A stretch of 64,000 nucleotides of DNA. Source: Octopus sinensis (lineage: Eukaryota). The notes beneath the pieces are model-generated. The model was not told the origin of the DNA. It saw only the letters and a program-made list of their open reading frames with translations, and did no database searches. The DNA lies in assembly GCF_006345805.1 (NCBI RefSeq), contig NC_043003.1, positions 73,346,001 through 73,410,000 on the forward strand. Direction: 5' to 3'. Made by a program: the position numbers and the translations under genes. Shown here in pieces: positions 54,637 through 64,000 of this stretch (positions within the stretch are counted from its first letter, which is position 1; each line of letters starts with the position of its first letter).

Positions 54637-54840
54637 ACGATTGCAGCGTGGAAGGCGTTTATATGCCATTTAAATATAAACCTGTTCACTGACAAAATTC
54701 CGTGCCGCATCTTGTCAGTGAAGAGTTTGCGGTCTCAAAGCGACGAAAATCTGGTGATAAATCAAATTTAAATGTTGAAGTGAATCTAACGGTTTTTGTA
54801 TTTTTAAATGGCTTACAAGCACCTTCCACGCTGGAACTGT
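54637..54840. mobile_element. MITE with ~40 bp TIR
   Basis: cagcgtggaaggcgtttatatgccatttaaa versus tttaaatggcttacaagcaccttccacgctg; inner cactgacaa / ttgtcagtg. Confidence 0.65.
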
Positions 54841-54988
54841 TTTTGTTTCAGCACACGATCTCAGATAAGGTCATTTGCTATGCAAGTACATCTCCGTAAT
54901 ATATATATATATATACATACATATATACATACATACATACATACATACATACATACATACATACATACATACATACATACATACATAC

Positions 54989-57140
54989 ACTCGAAGCGAC
55001 AAGTCGTATTTGGCGTTGGCGACTGTTTAACGAAAATACGGTGTGCACTATCTCCAACTTTGGAGCCACAACTATCAGCCTTATTAAATAACTGGTTAAT
55101 CTTCAGATGAATTAACTGAAGGAGCCTTTTATTCACCATTGTAGTGCTTTGCGACTGAAACTTGAATTTAGCATGCAGAGTTACTACAAACAACATGGCT
55201 GGACACAATATCAACAGCAACACAATCGAAGAACAGAACGAAAACAACAGCTCAACAGGTAAACAAATTCTTTCTAGCTGTAGTTATAGAAGAAACCGTA
55301 ACTACAAAATTCATTTCTCTTGGGGTTATGAATTGAAAGATCATCTATTTAACTGCTACAAAAAAGCGTAACAATACCCCGCTTTTTGGATATATGAATC
55401 GATTGAAATCATATTGGGACGATCTGCATCCAGAATTAGATCATTTGACTACGAAGCATCTACGACAAGAAGCAACATTTCTGTAACATAGAAGGAAGGT
55501 TAGTAACTGTAAATTTATTTAAAAAAAACAGTAAATTAACCTTCTTCCCAACTCCATAAACAAAAACGAAAACGTAAATGATATAAGACCACCACATGGT
55601 TTCGCAGCGAGCGACGTTCCAACAGATTCCATAGTGTCTTCCAGCCAAACTACATTATTGGCTAAAGTAACGGACCACTTTCCCCCTAATACCACTATGG
55701 TAAATAGTAGACACAACCGCAACAATTATTGTAGTACTAGTGGTAATCATGATTATGTGCCGGCGAAATGTGCACTTACTGAAATTTTTCGGGAAAAATA
55801 AATTTGGCTTTGAAGCACTATCTCGGGGAGAGTGTATTCTCTAAGTAAAAAAAAAACAAAGCCCACCAGATACGGTATTAAAAGCTGTTGAAGTGTATTT
55901 AACAGTGTGATGAACCCACATACTGGCAGATTAACGCCTGTTTATATGCTCTGGCAGCCACTGTAAAACAGTACATGAATGATATTAAAAAAGTAAACAA
56001 AACCGAAAAAACAAAGAAAGCACCATAATGGGTTTTGAGAAACAGATAACTGGTTTACGGAAGACCACCAGTCATGTAATGATGTTGATTGTATGCAAAC
56101 AAGCAAATCACTACACGTCCCACGTACAGAAAATGAAGGATATAGAAATGATGTTTGGAGACAGCAAAATGAGCACACTCACTTGCAAACTGATTACCCT
56201 CGAGCAGGAGCTAAAAGCCGTCAGTGAAAAACTCCGAAACCAGAAGAGAATAACCAACAGAAGAGCATTAAACAAAAACTTTAACTGCAACCAGGCTTCA
56301 GGAACAGAGACATGAGAGGAGGAGTAGTAAACATCACGGAAGCTCCTTCACGAGAAGACAAACCTCCGGAGGGAAATCTGGAGTGAAGAGAAGGAATTTA
56401 ACCAAGATGATCTGTGACTGGAAGAAATACGAAAACGTTATTGCTACTACGTTAAATCCAAGACATATAGCATTGATGGTGAAACGCTTGCAACAGTGAT
56501 CCAGAAACTCCAGGATGGAAAAGCACCTGGAAAAGACTTGATTCTTGGTTATTGATACTAGAAGCTAACATTCTACTGACCATACCATATCAATGTGTAC
56601 CAGCAAGCTCTCATTTGGAACAGTAGCACAGTTGTGGAAATTAACTACGCAGCGAATGTTAACATAAAGCTGAAGAACAATGAAAAAGAGATTTTTTAAT
56701 GCTAAACTATTGAGAAATCTGCAGTTACTCTATCCATATTACAAGTTCCGGTTTATACCTATAATTATTGGGGTCCCCCGGCATATAAACACACTGCATA
56801 AATACCAATTCTGAGAAATTAGGCTTCTGAAAACCAAAAAGCTAATTCGAAGACTACAGATCTAATCTATCACTGGAACTGTAAAAATCTGTAAAACTTC
56901 CAAGAAGTTTATCATTTAAATATATATAAGCATGTCTAGATATGCAGCTACGTGCATGAGAATACATACATAAAACATACAAATCTGTACATACATACAT
57001 ACATACATACATACATACATACATACATACATACATACACTGTTGTTGATATTGTATTTTCCAACGGAGGAGCATTGGATTTAGATTAGAAACTGGTTCT
57101 TTCTCCATTGGCAAGAAATCTTGAAATAAACTTAATAATG
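54989..57140 (+). mobile_element. R4/Dong-like (RLE) non-LTR retrotransposon relic, internally deleted
   Basis: GYMNRLKSYWDDLHPEL, LEQELKAVSEKLRNQKR, KLQDGKAPGKDLILGY*Y*KL, IPIIIG and KTKKLIRRLQI* recall R4/Dong ORF motifs. Confidence 0.55.
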
Positions 57141-57573
57141 ACGTACATGCATATATGTATTAAGAAGCAAAAATAAGAAAATGATTCTTTGTCTTTATCA
57201 AGGACAAAAGAAAGAAAATATTTAGATTTCCTGAAAATAAGCTACCAGTTTCACCGGTTATATTAAACGATTTATGCATACTGTTAAAGAAAGAAAAATA
57301 TATTGAAATACTTCAGGATAATCTTCCATATCAATTCTGCAAGTCCAAGCTTTTTTCTTACTGACTTCACATGGTGCTGGTGACTGGTTTCTTCTGAATG
57401 ACAGTAGTAGAAGTAACAGTTTAATTAGTGGTAAATTCTGAGATGGTTCAGTGTTAAAGGTACGATAAGAAACTGAAGCTGTGTTAGAGTATATATAGAA
57501 TATAGAGATTATAATGAACTCCAGGAATGAGATACATGAAGAGAATGAGAAATTTATCTCTCAGAAATGTATA

Positions 57574-57646
57574 ACAAGAAATGATTAATGGAGATCTCGT
57601 CTGACTTCGAATCAGGAGATTGCGAATTTGAGTCTCGTTGTTGTCG
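57574..57646 (+). pseudogene. tRNA-Arg(TCG) pseudogene / SINE head
   Basis: taatgg...cgtctgacTCGaatcaggagattgcgaatttgagtctcg..gtcg aligns with eukaryotic tRNA-Arg-TCG; anticodon arm TCTGA-CT-TCG-AA-TCAGG at 57599-57615; D and T arms decayed. Confidence 0.7.
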
Positions 57647-58280
57647 GTTAATATTTTCACCGGCAGTACTCCAGCATAGCCACAGACTTAAGGGCGGAAA
57701 CGTATAAAAGAATAAGAAGGGTAATTTATCTTTGATCGGAATTAGGGAAGATTATATTGAATAGAAGATACCTGATAATTCTTTAGCAAATCGACAATTG
57801 TCCGGCGAATAGTTTTATTTTTGGTCAACAAGAGTTTGCTGGGGTTCTTGATTCATCTACACAGATGTTACTCCTACACATAATAACTGACCATCAAATT
57901 CCTCTTTGGGACCAGTCAGTAAATATAGCATTCCAGCAATTAATGAATTAATTAGGCCGCAAATTTAATGAAAGCGAAATGTAATAGTGTTTCAATTATG
58001 ATGTTTAACTGCATAAACGATCAACAAAATACAGGTTTATCCTCTTTCGAGGAACTTTAGTTTTCGATTTCCAGAGATTACCATCTGCCTGTCGTAGAAT
58101 ATAGTAAAATGTATGCGACCTTAAAACTAAGATTCATTTAAAATCGTTTTAGAGTTCTGGTTTCTTCTTGATTTTCAGATTTCTCCGCATATTTCCTTAT
58201 TTCATGGCAATTAGTCAATGATATATTCTTTCTTCCTTTCTACCAGTGCGTCTATCTACCTTTTCTGACATCGAGGTATT

Positions 58281-58325
<45 letters not shown>

Positions 58326-58385
58326 TTTCCCCCGTACTTATATAAATACCTATCTTCTGTACTTCAGTATCTATCTATCTATCTA

Positions 58386-59216
58386 TGGGGCCGACCTGCC
58401 CGAGATGCGGTCAGAGCGACGAAACCGTTCTGCACGCACTCGTTCAGTGTCCAACAATTTCCGACCTGTGGGCTTATGTCGAACAACTGCTGTCACGTGT
58501 GGGACGAGTCGGTTTATCAGCTGAGTCTATCGTCAATATTGTCACGCCTCCTTCCTTCAAACGGGAAGGAAGAGCTATTTTCATCATCCTTGTGGCTATG
58601 GCGAAAGAATGTATCTGGTGGACGCGTCTGAAAGGATTGGAGACAAACACTTTCCTCTCTGGTCAATCTCTCATCAACTTCTTCAAGTACCACTTGAAAA
58701 GGAAAGTGAGAGTAGAGAGGCAAGTTTTGTCTAGCGAATGTTTTAAAAAAAGATGGGTGAATGTAGCAAGAATGGCACGTATGAATGACGAAGCCACCTT
58801 GAGCATAGTCCTATGAACCCAGAAATCGAAAACAGAGAGTTGCTTATTTGCAAAAAAAAAAAAAAAAAAAAAAAAAATAAAATGTGACTTCATTGACCGA
58901 GGTTACCGTGGTCTTTTCCGCAGGCTTTTCTTTCCACGGGTAAACCTCACCTGTCCTCCCCTTTACACTTCATATTGACATTTCTGTGATAACGATCCCT
59001 ATTGATCATTTTTTTTCCTCTCCCCCCCCCCTTTTTTTTTTTTTTTTTTAACCCCCCTTATTTTTGTCCTCTTTCTCTCCTTTTACGATCCCTTTTGATC
59101 GAACCTCCCCCTTCCTTTTTTTTTTTTTTTTTTTTTTTAATACCTTCAAAAGAAAAGCTCTACCTTGTAATTTGTTCTATCTGTGTGCAGCCCTGTGTGG
59201 CTAATAATGAAACATA
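58386..59216 (+). mobile_element. 5'-truncated copy of the Tx1 element
   Basis: Nearly identical to 52141-52976 with an identical C-terminal peptide; (ATCT)n on both sides. Confidence 0.95.
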
Positions 59217-59303
59217 TCTATCTATCCATCCATCCATCCATCCATCCATCCATCCATCCATCCATCCATCCATCCATCCACCCATCCATCCATCCATCCA
59301 TCC

Positions 59304-59353
<50 letters not shown>

Positions 59354-59382
59354 GTATGTATGTATGTATGTATGTATGTATG

Positions 59383-59443
<61 letters not shown>

Positions 59444-60699
59444 GTTTAGCTAGCTAGCTAACAAGCTGTGTCTGTCTGCATGTCGTCATTTATCGATCGT
59501 ACGTCTTTTATTTCTCTCTTGTGTCTTTTTCGTCTACATCCACTTAAGTGTTCTTGATGTTGTCAAATGAAAATATTTTTATCTTCAATAGTACATTCAC
59601 ACTTTACGAATTCCTCCTTCCATCTTTGTGCATTGAAATCATTCCTCAATGTTTCTTCTTTACTTCCTTCCCGTCATCACCGTCCCTCTCACGGACCAGC
59701 TTGGAGCGTAATGCTTTATTTCCGCCTCTCAGAATAACACAACTGTGAGAGGGCCGGAAGGGAATGTATTACGATTAGCATCCTTTCGATTGGCGCAATT
59801 CCAGACTTTCGTGAGGTCACTTGAATGTATCCACGGCGATCTCTGTCTCTTTATCGCCAGTATCTAAAATCCTGGAACAATAAAGAAGAATTACACTCCA
59901 TTTCATTCGTAATACATTAGACGATAATGCTGATGTCAGGTTAGTTCTAAATTATAAAACCAGTTTTATATGATTTTGTTTTCTTGAATCTTCACAAATT
60001 TGTAATAACTTTGAATTTATTAGGAAAGATGCAAATCATAGTAATTTGTAGATCCTTATTGTCTATATTTCATATTGATTTTTACATTGGTAGGAAGAAG
60101 AATAAAATCGATTCGATACACTCCATTTAGGTTACAATTATCATAGACCCAGAATGCTCGAGATACAAAATCGATGCATTCAATATCTGCACTCATTCCA
60201 AATATAGACAGAAGTAAATAATTTTATATGGTTTAGTTAAAAGTATTGAAGGGTCCATGATCAAGAATTCTGCAGGAAATTTGCAAACTGAATCTCATTG
60301 TAAGATGTTAAAAAAGAAACACCATCACTTCTTACATCAGCTTGATTATCAGGAACGTCTGAGTAGTTTCTGGTTAGTTCTTCAGAAAAGGATACACTTC
60401 TCTAAGCGTAGATATTAACAGCTTATAACAATTGAAAGTGTATAGAGATGCAGACACAATTAAAATAGCCGGTCTAATTTGCATAACAGTAGCACATGCA
60501 CTGACAAAAATAATAAGATATTGAAGACGTAACTTGTTTAGATGCGTTCAGGACTATTTACTTTATAAGTAACTATATGTCGCTAAACTCTTCGATGGCA
60601 GAATGCGGGTAACAGTAAGAAATCTGGAAAATGGATAGATTTCTGTTTTTAACCCAGTGATGTATGTACTTAAAAACATTCCATAAGATATGCTGTCGC

Positions 60700-61800
60700 T
60701 GCAACAGCAATCACTTGGGCAACAACAAAAGCAGCAGCAGCAAAAAAAAAAGTGCCCAAAAAGCAAAAACTAGAAATGGAGCTACAATCACATATCAGGA
60801 CCAACACTAACTATAGTTGCAACCACAACAACAAAAACGAGAACAACGATAATGAAAATGACATCTACAACCGCAAAAGACACTGGATAGAGCAACAACA
60901 AGGAAACCAACGTCGATCCATGAAGCTTAGCAAATGAAGTGGCGAAAATCAACGACTATGCAGATATAATCGCCACCAAATATATATCCCCTCCCTGCAC
61001 TTTCCTTGTCGCTGTTTCTTCCCCTGTTACATGTAGAAATACGGAGATACACAGACACGTAAACATACTCCTGCCCTCGTCTGAGGCAGGGAATTTTGAC
61101 TATACCTCGGGTGATGAGGAAAGAGGGTAAAGAAAGAAGAAACAAACGAAAGAACTGATAAATACGAAAATATAAAGTGACAAAGCATAAAAGACACCAA
61201 CTCCACATCACTTCTAGACAGCACTAAACCTGCAAAAACATCGAATACTTCATCACTACAACCATCGCTGTCATCAAGAAAAAGAAAATGCGCATGTGTA
61301 ATAACAGACACTCAAGAGAAAACAACAGGAGACAAACACAGATTCAACATCAAGCAATATCAACACCAAGTAAGCATAAAACTACAAAACACACGCACAC
61401 ACACAAAAACCAAAAAAATTGACCTTTATCCAGTTTGTGCTTCAAAGAAGAAAAAAATGAACTGCTCTCTTTCATGGCATCAAGAGAAGTCATGGAGATA
61501 GAGAATTTCAATAATAGGCCAACAAAAGTCTTGGAGGATATGAAATTAGCGAGGCCACCAACAGAGCGATACATATCAATCTTTCTGGACGTGAACGGTA
61601 ACGAGGGTGGTGCTTTCAGACTAGATGTCTTATATGCCCTGACTGAGGCAGTGTAGCTGGACTTCTTCAGTAATTTTCTTTGAAACGCCTTGCACACATC
61701 CTACATCACAGCAATTGTAGGTAAGAAACCTGGCGTGGATAGGCCTCTGGTTAGTTTAGTTATCTAGACTGCTATCAGTCGAATGGGCCATCAGTAGTTT
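60700..61800 (+). mobile_element. Old Tx1-like relic (ORF1-like tail + endonuclease piece)
   Basis: LDVNGNEGGAFRLDVLYALTEAV*LDFF aligns with LDVDGSNGCAFRLVSVYAPPLTGRADFF of the young ORF2. Confidence 0.55.
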
Positions 61801-62649
61801 TCGGCTATCCACAAAGCGGTTAATTTAGGGACCCGTCTTCAGAAGTTCGATTTCTGCAAAGTTGAAGGACATTTGTTCGGTGATCAGAGTTCGTGGTCAG
61901 CTATCACAACTGTTCAGTATCATGTATTTGGTTGGTTACCTGTTAATGTATATCCGCACTGTCCTTTGTTTTTATATTATCCTAAATTCTGATCTCAGAT
62001 GCAATTCAGTATACTGCTGTAAACATTCTTGAATGTGTCCTGTGTATAAAACTGAGGTAAACATATCTATCTTATAATTATGTATTAAATTCTTTCTTGA
62101 GCTTAACTCGTGTGGATTGTCGATTAGCAGAATCGGTACAACCGGGGGGAAAATGGATCGCATTACTTAATTGTATCTAGTTACGTTTTGAATCCTCTCT
62201 TCTACAAATAATATGCTTAAATTTTATATTCATACTCCGGGTCGATAAAATACGGAGCAGTAGAATGGAGAATGTCAAAATACCCTCCACTTACTTAGGT
62301 GGCAGTGTGCGTATGTATACCTATACCATCACATTATGCATGTATGAATAATCTTCCTGAAGTGACTTGTAAATTAGGAGTGAACGGCAAATATTAGCTT
62401 GATTTAAATGCATTTTCTTTTCTATACAAATACATTGGACCATTTATTCTCATTCGATAACAAATGAGAATAATGACGTTTCTACGTTCAAGAAGTCTGC
62501 TTAAGAAATGTAAACATGTTTTAACTTTAGTTTTAAATATAAAACTTAAATCATTTCTAAGTTTCAAATGTATTCAATATGATATATACATAATATATGT
62601 GTGTGTATGTGTGTGTATATACGTATGTGTGTGTGTATGCTTGGGCACT

Positions 62650-63424
62650 GTCTGTGAGAAAAAAAGCACAATGACGCAATCCACTCTGCTAGAAATTTGG
62701 GAACGACATGCTGTACCGCGCATGATATTCACACCGAAAGTTCCAATATAGGTGTCTGGGTGTCAACCTGAGAATTGTCCAAAATGAGAACAGTGCAATC
62801 TGAGGACATGTACCGAGAGTGATAAATATCAAATATCCAGTTGACATCATGGTGTTTCGAGTGATCACTAGTGATGGTGCTGTTATGCCTACATTCATTT
62901 TCCCACACAGCTTCAAATTCAACACTGATGACCCTACATCAAGGGCCTGAAGGATGTAGTGCTGCCCTGGGTCAAGAGGTTGACTGCTGGAAGACCCTAT
63001 ATCCGGCAACAAGATTCTGCACCGTGCCACACAAGCAGGAGAACCCATTGATGGCTGGCAGACAATTTCTGCGACCACATCTGGCTACCTAACTCCTCAG
63101 ACTGCAACCCACTTAATTTTCATGTGTGGGGCGCAGTTGAGCGAAAGATCAACAAAACTTATGGTAACACCAAAGATGAACTGAAGGCAAGGATTATGGC
63201 AGCATTCACCAACTTAAACAAGGAGATAGTCCAGAAGATTTGCAGGAGATTCTGCAGGCGTCTGGAGGCCGTGGTTGAAACCAATTGTGATTTTATTTAA
63301 TAAATCTACTCTTTAGTATTTCAAGATATTTTCTATGTAATTATGGTAATTATATCTATTAAAATGAGATGTCACCGTTATTTTCATTTTTGCGTAATTT
63401 AGACAACTGTTTATTCACCTTGTA
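62650..63424 (+). mobile_element. Tc1/mariner superfamily (DD37D/maT-like) deleted element
   Basis: MTQSTLLEIWERHAV... then IMVFRVITSDG, QQDSAPCHTSRRT, WLPNSSDCNPLN, LEAVVE; ends ttattcaccttg-TA. Confidence 0.8.
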
Positions 63425-63459
63425 TATGAGCATACATATATGTAATGCATGCCAAAGCA

Positions 63460-63763
63460 CGATACCCTCGTTCATGAAGAGACATGGTATTGCACCAAGA
63501 AATTTCCCCTCCGAAAAACAAGTCCAGGCAAGATTGTTTGTGGAAGGCCAGCAGTCACCCATGTATGCCTGTCTTCCGTCTCCACGCCAATGATTCGTTC
63601 AAGGCAAAGGCAGATGCCTATACACCTTACCAACAGTAACGTCGCAACACATTTCTACCGGTGCAGCATCGTGAAGTAAAGTGTCTTGCTTAAGAACACA
63701 ACACACAGCCCAATGCGCAAATCGAACTCAGCCTCACAGTTGTAAGTCCGATGCTCCAACCAG
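63460..63763 (-). mobile_element. tRNA-derived SINE, family B
   Basis: Reverse complement shares gcaagacactttacttcacg and gttgcgacgt with 3819-4128. Confidence 0.7.
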
Positions 63764-63880
63764 TAATCTTTGCTCCTCTGCATTAATAATGATTATTTAA
63801 CTCTCTCTACTTCTCTCTGTCTGTCTCTCTCTGTCTTTAAAAACACACACACACACATACACACACACACACACACACAC

Positions 63881-63938
<58 letters not shown>

Positions 63939-64000
63939 ATATATATATATATACACAAGCAGAGGCCTCGCGCGTATGCACACACACACACATATATGTA

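Noticed and set aside
60100-60400. QLDYQERLSSFWLVLQKR resembling CR1 C-terminus
   Set aside because: Too short and degenerate to call

Overview
AT-rich, microsatellite-dense eukaryotic genomic DNA. It is most likely intronic or intergenic sequence from an octopus (inferred from recalled SINE families, not from a database search). I found no confidently identifiable host gene, rRNA or CRISPR array, and most listed ORFs are artefacts of (TA)n, (CA)n, (GATA)n, (TACA)n and (CAT)n tracts. The window is a mosaic of transposons: a near full-length Tx1-clade (L1 group) LINE, a nearly identical 5'-truncated copy and two old relatives; two CR1-type 3' ends; an R4/Dong-like relic; many Penelope-like (PLE) fragments; mariner, DD37D and piggyBac relics; non-autonomous Helitrons; several MITEs; and at least three SINE families. 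The most interesting signals are: (1) both young Tx1 copies sit inside (ATCT)n=(GATA)n microsatellites with an identical 3' junction, suggesting a GATA-repeat-targeting retrotransposon; (2) a type I hammerhead-ribozyme-like motif with an intact core in a PLE end, plus decayed relatives; (3) a tRNA-Arg(TCG) relic joined almost directly to a SINE tail; (4) several long inverted-repeat or rearranged structures. Element boundaries were read by eye and may be off by tens of bases.
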